A DNA stretch of 64,000 bases from Negaprion brevirostris (taxonomy: Eukaryota). The number at the start of each line of letters is the position of its first letter. Position 1 is the first letter of the stretch. The position numbers were made by a program, and so were the translations under genes. The DNA lies in NCBI GenBank assembly GCA_030324005.1, contig JARDVH010000167.1, positions 15,524,821 through 15,588,820 on the forward strand. Reading direction: 5' to 3'. The notes under the pieces are model-generated. The model worked only from the letters and a program-made list of their open reading frames with translations. It was not told where the DNA came from and did not search any database. Of this stretch, positions 25,151-38,315 are shown in pieces.

Positions 25151-26154
25151 TGTCATTAGCTTTGCAGAGAGGACAGGAGATTTATGGTTCAAACATGTTT
25201 TTGGAACTGAAGTGATGAGCTCAGGATGGTAGGTGTTAAATTGAGTTGAATACTATTTCGTCCATCACGGTATCATCTGTGGGGCAATACAATACTGGGA
25301 CAAATGCGGTGCTGTCCCCTCCCACACTTGTGACTATGCTGGGACATGGTTCAGCAAGAGACTGGTTGCCCACAAATAACTTACACATGTGACCATTCTT
25401 CATGTATTAATTGTATTGCAAGTGCCCACACGCTGTTAAATTTTATGAAGGATCAAGGTCAATCCCAATCATCATCTTGCCTCACATGCATGTAGCCGCT
25501 GGAATTTCCAGAAGCATAGAGATCCACAGTACCAAATCTGGGTCAGAATGTTGAATGCTCTCATTTTCNNNNNNNNNNAAATCACCAGCAATTCCTTGCC
25601 AAATTTTGATTGCTTATGCATTTGTCAGTTTGACTTACCTTTGGTGAGACTGGGCTGAAGGGATTGAAGTTTATTTTTGAGATTTCAGTTTGGACAGACT
25701 TCCTGACAAATACCAAATTCAAATAACCTTCTGTGAGCCAGTACACACACATGTGCAAATCAACATAAGTGAAGTTGAAATATAGCATTTTCCCTTTAAA
25801 CAAGATCTTTGTGGAGCTTAAGCATGTATTTTCTTTTATTAAAGAGGTACTGTCTGAATGAAAACATGTTTAGAAGTCTGTCACATTGGGAGAAGAAGCG
25901 CTTCAGGATCATTGATTGTATCATCATGTGCATGTGACACTGAGTCATCCTAACTAAATTCTCACCAGAAGATGGATATGATAGGCTTTTTCCATTTGTT
26001 CAAAAATATTTAATCCTTGGGTCCACAGGATAACTTCTTCATATTTTAAAACAAATTATTTTTCTAAGTGACTTTAAACTTAGCATATGATTTATATTCT
26101 GTTCTACATCTGACCTTAGTTCAGAGGATGTGAACTACTATTCTTGTGGCCTTT

Positions 26155-26457
26155 AAAGTTTATTTATTAGTGCCACAAGTATGTTTACATTCACGCTGCA
26201 ATGAAGGTATTGTGAAAATCCCTGAGTTACTGCACTCCGGTGCCTGTTCAGGTGCACTGAGGGAGAATTTAGTTAGCATGGCCAATGCACCTAATCAGCA
26301 TATCTTTTGGACTGTGGGAGAAAACAGGAGCATCTGGAGGAAACCCACAAAGACACGGGGAAGAACGTGCAGATACCCCACAGACAGTGACCCAAGCCGG
26401 GTATTGAGCCCAGATTCCTGGTGCTGTGAGGCAGCAGTGCTAACCACTGTGCCACCA
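26155..26457 (-). mobile_element. V-SINE, alternative-tail subfamily
   Basis: Same head and V-core as the other SINEs, but the tail reads aaagtttatttattagtgccacaagtatgtttacattcacgctgcaatgaaggtattgtgaaaatcc on the plus strand. Confidence 0.85.
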
Positions 26458-29400
26458 TAACAGCTTTAAAACAATCAGCAGGAGGAGAGGCTGGGCAGAT
26501 GTTATTGACCTTCTCTTGTTTGAGGAAGTTCTGGTTTCATCAGTGGAGGCTACTCATTAATTGTGGGTAATTGAGGAATTATAGCCTTTCACCTTGTAAC
26601 GGCCACTTACCCCTCTTCTCTCAAGGCTCTTCCTGTTAAGAATTTTCAGAAATGGTCTGAAATTAAAAATCAGGGTTACAGTTGGTCAGCGTAAATAAAT
26701 TCACTCTACGTTTCCTATAGTTTTGCTGGTGTCCAGTTGAGTTGTTGAGAATCAGTCTGTGACAAAGCAGTGCTTCCTGAGCTGCTTTAACTGGAAGTGT
26801 GTTGAGAATTTAATGTTCACCAGAACTCAGCTCATATTCCTGACTGAGCCTTTGGGGATGGTGTGGATACAGCTTGTATCAAACCCGTACATTGAAGGAT
26901 ACTAGTTGCAGAGCTATGGTGGGTGTAACTGTGATTCAGTGCCTTGGGTTGCTGGTTACATGCCAAAGAAGTCCTTGGCAGCTGAGGAGGAAAGACTTGG
27001 GGCCCCTGATTTGTAGACAGGCACCTGCTTTTAGTTAAGGATGGGATCTTACTTTGTGATTTTTAATTGACTAGGAGTGAGTTCATTATGAGATTAGTGT
27101 CTTTGTAGTTGACCAGTCTAATTATTTGGACCAAAAACGATAAATTGTTGAAATGCTTTCAATAAAAGCTGTCTCTCAACATCACGTATCACTTTATTTT
27201 CTTTAAATTGCTTGTTCTAAGATTGTTTAATTTGTCTGTTCTTTTCTTGTTGCTCTGTGNNNNNNNNNNNNNNNNNNNNNNNNNNNNNNNNNNNNNNNNN
27301 NNNNNNNNNNNNNNNNNNNNNNNNNNNNNNNNNNNNNNNNNNNNNNNNNNNNNNNNNNNCTGTATTATTTCTTGTTGCTGCCTGTTAGACAGAACAGGGT
27401 GTCTTGGTCCCAGGTCTCTCCTAAAGCTGGTTTCTTTCCAGATGCAAGGAGATGCTGAGAGCCAACAGGGTGACTTGGCAACCCTTTTGAAGTTAATGAT
27501 GAAGCCCAGGCTTCAGCGTCATCTCTCAGATGGGTAGGCTGAGTCTGAGAGCTTACTGTGTGTGAAATTGTAGGCCTTGTCATGCACTGTAAGGGTTTGA
27601 TGCGAAGTGCCTTCCACTCAGGTGTGGCAGTGAGGTTCTGCATATAGATTTACATAGGGTGAGCTGAAAATGCCGTACAAAGCATCAGCACTGCTAGATG
27701 GAAATTGAGAATAGAAAGTAAATCAAGTGTGTATACTTATTTTTTCAGGAGTGATCATGATAGTTTTGTTCTTATTGTCATGTGCAGTATGCTGTATAAT
27801 ACAGATCAGTATAATCATTTGATTTTAAGGCTTTTATGTGTTTTGGCTCAAATTTCTTTGGCAGTACATTGTAGCTAAAGCATTTCAATCTAGAAATTCA
27901 ATGAAGTATAAATCCCACATGAAATACCGGTTATTCACCTCATTTTATTTAAGTTTATGCTGTATTATAATAATATAGTCAGCCACCTGCCAAAATGGCA
28001 TGCAAAATAGTGTTCTCACTGGGTTTTCATTAAATTAACAGGTATATAAAATGTTCCCACAGTTATATTGTGGAGTCTTATTTGACTAGGATGTCAATCG
28101 ACTATAACTATTGTGAATTTTTTGTGATGTAATGCCCATACAATGTAAATGGTAGATTTTGTCTTCGCAAACGGAGTTTAGCGAATGTGCTTCGATCATT
28201 GTTGGGGAAAGTAATTTATCCTTTTGTAGACTCCTGGCAGGTAATTGCTGGTTCATAAAACAGAGGGAAAAGTGGATTTGTGCAGATGCTGGTATGTTTT
28301 ACAATGTTTTCTTCATTGGCCCAGGGTTGTCACCCTGGGAGAATGTCACCTGTGCCATGAGCTTCATTTATACAGATCGCCAAAGTTTCTGAAGTATAAT
28401 TATAAAATGCCCAAGATCAATTTTTTTCTGTAACTCAAAAGTGTAACATAACTCTGACAATATTTCAGAGCTTAAAATATCATCTGCACCCAGATGAGAT
28501 TCTCTTGTATTGAAGAATGGAAAATTACTTGTGGATGGGTTATGATTGGAGTCCTTGACCAAATTGCGTGTAAAGGCTTAACAGTTCAGGTAAATTTGAA
28601 AGTAAGGATCCAGATATCTACGTTTCACTGCCTGTTGATATTCTAAAACAAGAAACTGATGGAGCACTGATCTTTTCCTGCTTGGTGGTTGCTTGTGGAT
28701 TTGATGTACAGTATATCATATCAGTAATTACAAAGCACATTGAAGGAACCAGGAGCAGTGTAGGGAATGCTGTTTACACATGGATCTTTTCAGCATTTGC
28801 AGCTTTGAAAAAAATTCTGAATTTCTGATTGTGTTAATTGAAGTTTTAGAATCCTGCTTGACCAAGTATGACCATGAGTAAAGCTCAAAAGAGCTAAGAC
28901 TTAGATTGCGATTACTCTACTGTTAATTTAAATTTTAATCAAATTTGACTTCTTTGCCAGAAGTTACAGACACTGAAGTTAAAATGAATAACACCCACAG
29001 ATTGGAATTGATAGTCATGTTATTGCTGCAAGTTGATCGGAGCAAAGTCTAGCCAAGCTTCAGGAAATGACACTCACAATGTACCTATGTGAGCTGTCGT
29101 ACAAAACACAGGCAATGTGTTAAAAGGCTGCGGCACACTGAGGTCTTTAAATGGCTGCAGTACACTGAGGTGTTCAAATGACGTCAGAAATTGCAAAGTT
29201 TGTGTTCAGCAGTATCAACCCCAGAATATGTTTCCTGAAAACTTAGTGTAGCTTCTATATTGCAATACAGTGTCTGTCTGGAGGTGGAGCTTTGTGAGTA
29301 ATCTTATTCTGTTTATCATGTTTTTATTTAATGTTGATAGTCAGCAGAATGCCAGATAGGAATGCAATGATATTTTGAATGAAGGTACCAAAATGCCACA

Positions 29401-30288
29401 GGAAAACTCACACTTGACCACTGTATCTTTGTGCCACCAGACCCTTCCCACACCCAGTGACAGATCAGCAACCATCAAACCCAGTTGTTCAAATCCAGAT
29501 AACTGGATAGAACCCAGTTTAAAAGGAAGGAATTTAATGCCAGATCCATTATAATTTGTTCCTGTACAAAAACACCGTGCGCCCACTTGGTTCAAATCCA
29601 AGTGAGAGGACTGCATTCTAGCAGAAATACTTGCCTGCCTAGTGTGAATTTATGACTGGGTGCATGTCTGGACACCTGACTTCAAATGTATGGAACTTTT
29701 AAAGAATTGTAGATATATCCATTGATCATTGTGTTGTCATTTGAGTTGTGATGATTTCCAGTTCTGATTCCCAAGCTGAACAATTGGTGAGAACATGGTG
29801 CTGGAATATTCTAACTTGACACGCTTATATTTAAATTATAACTGGATCCGGGATTCTGTGCTAACAGAAACTGCTTTCTGTTTCTCGACTGAATGGCTTG
29901 CTGTCTGTGCTTTTGAAACTGGATGGCACTTTTACTTCTGGTTGAAGATGGTAAAGGTATTCAGGACTTCTGAGTGAGTCCTTGTACAATTTCATTTGGA
30001 TATTGTTGTCTNNNNNNNNNNTGGGTAACCAGAATAGAAAAGTTGGTTGAAATGATGAGCAGATTGGATGTTTACGTTACTGGACATGATTAATACCGTC
30101 GCTAGTCCTGTGATGTTCACCCAAGTGTGTACCTATATATAAAAGAAAGGAGTGCATATAGCTTATCTTTATTGACCTGCATTTTATACACTAGGATTGG
30201 TGATGTAACATTGAAAAGTCCGGCTGCTTATTGATAAGTCCACATTTTAAGTCAGTGATAAGCAACTACTTTGCTGACTTCCCGAACT

Positions 30289-31200
30289 TGAATAATACTT
30301 GTTCACCAGTTAAGGGAAAAACAAGAGCACGTTTATTTACAGGTAAAGGCCATGCAGAGGCCTCTTGTGGTTGCCTGAGCTCCCGAGATGATTCTGGAAC
30401 AGAAACCCCTGCTTGCTGGGGTGAACCCCAGATCTGGTCCCTAACTGGTTTACTCAGACCCCGATAATAGAACGTTTTAATGAAGTCTTTCAGCTGGTTT
30501 CCGATTCGTAGTGGGGCGATGTATCTCCTCTGTCTGGGGTACTTCCCACTGAAGTGCTGTCAACAGAAACCACAACTACAGGTGTCTTTTCAAGCGCAGA
30601 CATCTCAGTATCACATGTTTGCATAGGGATGTCACCAGTGCCTGTAACAGGGCGACCCTGGTATTTGAATGCTTGGGTAGTCGACAACATTCCCAGATAG
30701 CAACATAGCTCCTGATGGCAGTACTGGTTGCTGGGGAAACTTGTGCTCTTTCAGTGGTCGGTGTTTCTCGATGATCTTTCCTCCTTTTGACCACTTGATA
30801 AGACAGCGGCCCAGCTTTGGATATGACTCAAGGGACCCAACTCAACCCACTTATAAAATTCCTCAGATACTCGCTTCATCCACTGAAAACAACCATGGTT
30901 GACATGAATCCGAGTTTGTCTTCTGGCTGCTTTGGCTGGCCTTTGCCCTCCCTGGCAAATTTTGATCACGAGGCTTAGTCTCAGTCTGATGTTATGGTTC
31001 ATTAACAACTCTGCTGGTGAGACTCCTATTGTTGTGTGTGAAGTGGTACTCGAGCCCAGAAAGAATCTTAATTTTCTGCTCTCCGAGTCCTTCCGCACTG
31101 CTTCTTCAGCCAGAAAAGATTTGAATAGCTTGTTCAGCGAGTTTCGTGCACTACCAGATGTTGGGCATGTTTAGAGATGGTGAACTCGTTGTCATCAGTG
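30289..31200 (-). mobile_element. Gypsy LTR retrotransposon remnant: integrase C-terminus plus probable 3' LTR
   Basis: Minus-strand peptides LAEQAIQIF (cf. LAERAVQTF), STTSHTTIGVSPAELLMNHNIRLRLSLV (cf. YR.TPH.TTG.SPAELL), GPLS and terminal NRKPAERLH*. These are followed by ~180 bp containing AATAAA and ending ...tattattca. Confidence 0.75.
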
Positions 31201-31900
31201 TTCATGTGGATTCTGACTCTAAGTTTTGAATGATGTTGCTCAGGGGCAGCATGTAGCAGAGAAATAGGTGGATCCAAGGAAAAATTCTTGGGCATCAGAG
31301 GTAGTTGTATGGAAGTGAGAGAAGAAACCATTACAGGCGATTCTCTGGCTGAGACTGGATAGATAAGAATGGAACCAGTCATGTGCAGATCCATTCAGTC
31401 AAATGGTCGTGGAGGGGTTTTGGAGCAGAACTCTAAAAGGCTGCAAACAGCCTGAGAAGGATATGGAAGGATACTTTTATAGTCAACTCGAAATATATAA
31501 CTTTGGTANNNNNNNNNNNNNNNNNNNNNNNNNNNNNNNNNNNNNNNNNNNNNNNNNNNNNNNNNNNNNNNNNNNNNNNNNNNNNNNNNNNNNNNNNNNN
31601 NNNNNNNNTCATACTGTGGTAGTTTCAGTTACAAACTCTGAAATGATGTCATGTATAGCCAAATCCAGGCCATTACTATATGCCAGACAGAGCAATGGTT
31701 ATTGTACTGACCTATGACAAAGTATACTGCACCTCCCCACCCCCGCGCCCTATCACCACCCGTCAGAAACAACAGCCATTTACCACTACGCTGCTTTTTT
31801 GCCCCTTAGCCAGTTTCAGAGTCATACTGTTATTCGTCCTTTAATCCCATGTGCTGGGGTCTTACCATCAAGCCATTAGTCATTCAAAGGCTTACATTTT

Positions 31901-32218
31901 AAAGTAAAGTTAAAATGTATTTATGAGTTTCATAAGTAGGCTTACATTAACAGTGTAATGAAGTTACTGTGAAAATCTCCTAGTCACCACACTCTGGTGC
32001 CTGTTCGAGTAAACTGAGGGAGAATTTAGCACAGCCAATGCACCTAACCAGCACGTCTTTCGGACTGTGGGAGGAAACTGGAGCACCTGAAGGAAACCCA
32101 TGCAGACACAGGGAGAATGTGCAAACTTCACACAGACAATGACCCAAGCTGGGAATTGAACCTGGGTCCCTGGTGCTGTGAGGCAGCAGTGCGAACCACT
32201 GTGCCACCGTGCTGCCCC
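31901..32218 (-). mobile_element. V-SINE, alternative-tail subfamily, full length
   Basis: Head gggaattgaacctgggtccctggtgctgtgaggcagcagtgcgaaccactgtgccaccgtgctgcccc and tail taagtaggcttacattaacagtgtaatgaagttactgtgaaaatc. Confidence 0.9.
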
Positions 32219-32227
32219 ACATGAGGC

Positions 32228-32316
32228 GTTGTGGGAATAGGGCCTGGGTGGGATTGTGGTCAGTGCAAACTTGATGGGTTGAATGGCCTGTTTCTGCACT
32301 GTAGAAATTCTATGAG
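32228..32316 (+). mobile_element. V-SINE/HE1 3' tail fragment
   Basis: atagggcctgggtgggattgtggtcagtgcaaacttgatgggttgaatggcctgtttctgcactgtagaaattctatga matches the tail at ~7540-7625. Confidence 0.8.
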
Positions 32317-34459
32317 TTTAGGCCTGGTGAGCAAGGGAGAGGGAAGCAGCAGAAACAACTGAGCAGATGGCCTCAATTTTTGCAAGAAAAATGCCCCTCA
32401 CACTTATTGGCTGTGGAAATGTCAGAGTTGTAGTTTGTGGTGAAGTGAAGAAGCTAGGGATGTGATCTTGGAATAATGGGTAGTTTTAGCAATGGAGAAT
32501 AGGACCCATTAATTTCTCAAATAATCCAACCAGACCTGACAGTGGATTGCCAAATTTAGTTCTCCATCAAGGTCTTCAAATCTGCACCCTTTAGACTTAA
32601 GGGCGCGTGAGAGGTGTACCAGGGAGTAAGAAAAGTGAAAGGTGGTGCCTGTCCCAGTATGCTGATGGGTTTCCTACATAATTATCCTGTTTAGATAATA
32701 TTGCAGTATGCAAATAATTTGCTTTTTATTATGGAGCAGGAGACAGTCGTCTATTCTCGAGCATTCTCATCCATTGAATAGTGGAATGATAATCTGACCA
32801 GAAAACACTGGCAGAAGTGCAAATGGGAGAAGTGGGGTTCATCTTGTGTGTTAGCTACTGGATTTGGGGCACCAGGATGAAGTTCCTGTCTGCAGTCAGT
32901 TGCATCAACAAATTCTATTTGGCCCTCTCAATTATGTGAAACATCGATTAACAGCATGTCTTGTCAAGGATGCAAAATGGCCCTCAGGCAGGAACATGTT
33001 ACATAAAGTTCCATTCTCCTCAACACAACACACCACAGTAATCTGCAGATTGTGACTTTTTATCAGGTAGATCTTAAAACTGAAATGATCTTTGGTACCC
33101 TGTTTACGAAAAAAAAATTCTGAATCAAGCTGGCTTGACATATTATCAATGCTAAACTTTGGAAAACTTGTTACAAATATTGCACCTGACGAGTACACTG
33201 GGAATTAGGAACATCATAGGTTTATTGTTCAAAATAATTCCAAGGTAGAAAAAGTTTGGAGTTTACTACGTTAATATTGAGCCCAATGAAATATAACAAA
33301 AGGTCAGCTCGTTGGGAGAGTTACTGTGGTTTACAAGTTTTTTCCTCCCTCTCATACGTCCATGTGTTTTTGCGTTGATGAGCCATAATTGATGTGTAAT
33401 GCTGAAAGATGTGGCTAATTATTCCTGGTGATCAGGAACATGTCCTTCTATTAATCTTTATGCTGCTGAACAAACTTGAACTGTGGTTTGCACCAAAGGG
33501 GCCAAGCACATTCCACGTATAAACATTCTATGTCATGGAAAGTTATACTACTAATGACATAATGTTCAAGACTCCTGATCGTTTTTCTGGGGGCTGTGAG
33601 GAATTTTGAGAAACTGGAGTTTCTCTCAGAGGTACAATGGAGGAAAAAGAACTTTGAATGCTGTCTGACGGAGGAAGTACTTCATTTCTCAAGATGATGA
33701 ATTATCGCCATCTTAAATCTGCAAGGATAGAGATCAGTGCATGTTTTGTTCCTGTGTGTTGTTACATCACTGGTAAGGTGGTAGTTTGGGTGGTTGATCA
33801 TGGGGATTTTTGCTAATTTGACATGTAGGGAGCAGAGGCTAATATCTCCCTGTTGAGAGGAAAGGGAAATCAACAGGCGAGCCATTGCGTTGTACGAGAA
33901 AAAAATCCCAAGTCATTGGACCAAGGTTGGTAATGGCTGACACTCAGGGATGTTGCTTTTCTGATCATTTCCAGCTGTACAACTGTGATGAACTTCAACT
34001 TGGCTACTTGTGATTTATAATTACCATTTTGTTTAACAGTTTACTGCCCATCCTCTCTTGAAGGGATCCCTGGGATTCAATCCAGTTGCCAACTTCTGGT
34101 GACCGCCCAAGGGTATAGAAATTGAGTGCCAGCTGGCTATTTAACAAGGGAGGACATCACATTTGATTCAGCTTCCACCTAGCAGAAGTTGTGATCAGGA
34201 CTAATAACCTTGCTGATTCCGCAATTCACAGCCAACTTGGGAATCAATCTGAGGCTTTTGGTGTGTATGGTGAAACCTTTATCCTCTCGTCTTGATTGTA
34301 ATTTATGAGAAGCTATGTTAATGTTCTGACACCCCATGTGGGCCATTCATCGGTACCCATACTGCTTCTTGGACTCTGGGACATAAGTGGTCTGAAATTT
34401 TCTCCAAGTAACCCTGTCATAGTCATAACTGCAGTTTGATATTAAAATTCACTTTTACG

Positions 34460-34622
34460 GGATGAAGGCATTGTTGGATAAGCCAGTATTTATTGTCCAT
34501 CTCTAGTTGCCCTTTAAGAGGTGGTGGTGAGCTGGCTTCTTGAACCACTGCAGCCCTTTGAGGTATAGGTATACCCACATGCTGTTAGGGAGATTCCAGT
34601 ATTTTGATCTGCGACCGTGAAA
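34460..34622 (-). mobile_element. 3' end of CR1/L2-group LINE (same family as 40440-41850 and 50415-52450)
   Basis: Reverse tail ccagtatttattgtccatctctagttgccc...gaggtggtggtgagctggcttcttgaaccactgcag. A similar copy lies at ~35885-36075. Confidence 0.65.
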
Positions 34623-34625
34623 GAA

Positions 34626-35586
34626 CGTAAGAACATAAGAAATAGGAGCAGGAGTAGGCCATCCAGCCCTTCAAGCCTGCCCCACCATTCAATAAGATCA
34701 TGGCNNNNNNNNNNNNNNNNNNNNNNNNNNNNNNNNNNNNNNNNNNNNNNNNNNNNNNNNNNNNNNNNNNNNNNNNNNNNNNNNNNNNNNNNNNNNNNNN
34801 NNNNNNNNNNNNNNNNNNNNNNNNNNNNNNNNNNNNNNNNNNNNNNNNNNNNNNNNNNNNNNNNNNNNNNNNNNNNNNNNNNNNNNNNNNNNNNNNNNNN
34901 NNNNNNNNNNNNNNNNNNNNNNNNNNNNNNNNNNNNNNNNNNNNNNNNNNNNNNNNNNNNNNNNNNNNNNNNNNNNNNNNNNNNNNNNNNNNNNNNNNNN
35001 NNNNNNNNNNNNNNNNNNNNNNNNNNNNNNNNNNNNNNNNNNNNNNNNNNNNNNNNNNNNNNNNNNNNNNNNNNNNNNNNNNNNNNNNNNNNNNNNNNNN
35101 NNNNNNNNNNNNNNNNNNNNNNNNNNNNNNNNNNNNNNNNNNNNNNNNNNNNNNNNNNNNNNNNNNNNNNNNNNNNNNNNNNNNNNNNNNNNNNNNNNNN
35201 NNNNNNNNNNNNNNNNNNNNNNNNNNNNNNNNNNNNNNNNNNNNNNNNNNNNNNNNNNNNNNNNNNNNNNNNNNNNNNNNNNNNNNNNNNNNNNNNNNNN
35301 NNNNNNNNNNNNNNNNNNNNNNNNNNNNNNNNNNNNNNNNNNNNNNNNNNNNNNNNNNNNNNNNNNNNNNNNNNNNNNNNNNNNNNNNNNNNNNNNNNNN
35401 NNNNNNNNNNNNNNNNNNNNNNNNNNNNNNNNNNCTTCTTTACCATCGGAATAAATTTCTGCTGAGCACCAAGAAAGATCTCCTTAAAGATCCTCCACTG
35501 TTCCTCAGCAGTCCTACTGACCAATCTGCGCCCCCAATCTACATTTGCCAATTCCTCTCTCATCTTATCGTACTCCCCTCTGTTCA
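34626..35586 (-). mobile_element. Young CR1 insertion, mostly unassembled (N gap)
   Basis: 3' tail aagaacataagaaataggagcaggagtaggcc on the left of the gap. On the right is an open linker peptide, LNRGEYDKMREELANVDWGRRLVSRTAEEQWRIFKEIFLGAQQKFIPMVKK. Confidence 0.85.
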
Positions 35587-38039
35587 AACAGAGGGGAGTA
35601 CGATGTTTCTTGTGTACAGAACATTGCAAGGCAATTTCCTACATTGCTGGGTAGAAACCAGTGTTGTAGCTACACTGGAACAGCTTGGTTAAGAGTGCAC
35701 CAAGTCTTCAGGATGATTGCTGGAACATTGTCAAGGCCCTTTCCTTCCAGTTTACTAATGATAAATAAAGCAATAAGATTGTCAAACCAGGTCTTGAATC
35801 AATGAAAGAATTGAGGAGTATCATTGGTGTGTAAATGGAAACCAGTCCCTCGTTTGTGGGGATGTTGCTAATGCGCACAACATGATTTTTTTAGTGTGGG
35901 AAGTGAGTGTTGCTGGCTAGGCCAACATTATTGTCCATCCTAAGTAGTCCTTGAGAAGCTGGTGGTGTGCCGCTGCCTTGAACTGCTGCAGTCTCCATGG
36001 TATAGGTACACCTTGTTAGGGAGAGATTTTGACAGTGAAGGAATGGTGCTTATAGTTGCAAGTCAGGAATGTGTCTGTTCATAAGAGGAGGGGGGGGAGG
36101 CGGTGTTGGCAGGATTGATCTTTGCAGGTTGAGAATGATGGGAAAATAGAATGTGCCATGATTCTCATCACAGCTCATTTCGTTGAATTTGAGCAGAGTA
36201 ATTTTGGCGCAAAAAGAAGTCTGGAATATAGAATTTTTTACTTTGGAGACAAATACGAGATAGTGACGGGCAAATCTTGGAGAGGAAAAAAGGCTTGAAG
36301 ACACTAATTGGCAATGATAAAAGGGTTTTGAATAATGTCAGTTGTTGAAAACTGATATGACAATCTGATTGAGATCAGAACCTTGTCATGTACTGAATCG
36401 GAGGCTTTGAAGTGACGTCAGAATGCTGCAGTGTAGTAATGAATCGTGTGGGTTCGGTTGTAGGTTATGTGTGGCATTATACTTGTAGGATTGGAAATGT
36501 TGGAATTGGCAGTTTAAATTTGATGGTGTGTGATATTTCATTTGAGCTCAAAAGTTCACAGAGATTTAAAAGCAATGTGATCTTGGTCACAGCCCTGACA
36601 ATCATGGCTACCCATACAATGGCACTTCTGTTAGTAGTGCTGTAGCGATGCCTTTTCTGAACCTAATTTTGTCCTGACATTCAGCTTATAAATGCATGAG
36701 TATCTTAACCCAGGCTGAACTTTAAACAGGTCTCTCTGTCGCCACAACCACTTACAATACACCTCTGCAATATCTCCCACCTCTGCTTCTACCCCCTTTG
36801 AAAACTTCATCTGTGCCTTTATCATTTTGTGATCAGTTTTGTTTTTAAAGCTCGCTTTCTTAGCTTTTCAGCTCACCCTGATGAAGTTCTCAGGTTTCTA
36901 GAATTCTCTGGCCTGCATTGCATCCCATGAGACGTTCTGTATCATTCCTGCCCTTACTTATTTTCTGACTCTGCGCACTTGTTTGAATATCTACTTCCTT
37001 AAGTTCACATCCCTCTGTGGTTTTGCTGCACCCTCCATCTGAAATATTCCCCAGCTCTCTGTCCCAGCACATACCTTTCACTTTCCAGAATCTGGTCCAT
37101 ATAATGAACTTTCAAAAACATCTGCTGAAATGTCGCAAATTAGGCTTGTTAGCTTGTTCCTGTAAAGCACCTTGGGGACATTTTGTTTTGTAAAAATTGG
37201 CATAGCAATTACTTCAGCTGCGATCAACATTATTTGTTTTGTATTTCTTTCAGATCGTTGTTGTTGTTGAGAAAAAAATGGGGCATTTACTTAAAATGTT
37301 GGCTGAAAACAAGGCCAGTAACATGCAAGCAGTTTTACTTCAAACACGAGTAATTACGATTGTGTTGTGTGTTTTGCTTTGTAATGCTTATTCAAGAATA
37401 AAAGATGTTCTATATGCTTGGATTCCAGGTTCACTTGAAATGTTAAAGACAGCATTTAAACTGGGTTGAGCAGCAGCCTATTGCTATTCAAAACCACATT
37501 TCTGGGACAATGCAAAAGGAATGGCAGCATAAGATGATCACAGTATTATAATGTTTAGCTGTTTGGCAGAGGTTGTTGTCGAAACATATGTATTCAACTC
37601 TCAACATGATATTGTGAATTAACTGCTAGATTTCCAATTTGTCAAATTTTGATTGATTTCCTGCAAACTTTTATTAGTTGAGTGGTTCAGCAACCTGCTT
37701 CCAAACCTCTGCCAGTGCTGCCCCACAGGTTGCGCGTGGAAACGTTCTGCTGTGTTAAAGGTGCTATGGTCTGTGCAGCTAGTTGTTGCAGGGAGCCATC
37801 TCCCGATGCCTCAGCAACTTAAAGCATGGATAAGGTTTGGTCATCTGAACTGTTGCTGGGGAAAATCTGTTATAGTTTAGCATTATTCAACTTGGCACCT
37901 TCTGCTTTGCAATTTGACCGATAATACAGAGCACCAAGGTCTAGCACTTATTTAGTGTCTCATATATCTTCAGCTATTCTAAATTGCTTCACGGCTGGTG
38001 AATGACTTTTAATGTTGTCATTTTCTTGCTGTAAACAAA

Positions 38040-38315
38040 CTCAATGAAATTACACCCGCTCAGTCCCATAAAGATACAGCGAAATAATTAACCAGTTAAT
38101 CTGTTTATTATCTGTGTGATTGAGGGATGAACGTTGGCTCAGCAACTGAGGAGCCATACTCTTTGTAGTGTGAGAACTTGCAGGCAGAAAGCCTCAGACT
38201 AATTGAAGTGCAGTCTGCCTTCAGTCCTGCACTGGGATATCAGCTTCATTATCTCAAGTCCTGCTGTCGCGTTGCCTCCTGATTTGAGTAGCCAGAGTGA
38301 TATGGACTGAACCAT
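38040..38315 (-). mobile_element. DeuSINE-like SINE, old
   Basis: ttgagggatgaacgttggc...ccttcagtcctgcactgggatatcagc...ctgatttgagtagccagagtgatatggactgaacca corresponds to a reverse tRNA head plus Deu-like core. Confidence 0.5.

Noticed and set aside
34514-35692. Longest ORFs in the track (371, 330 and 282 aa)
   Set aside because: They are open only because they run through N gaps. The real residues are CR1 sequence.
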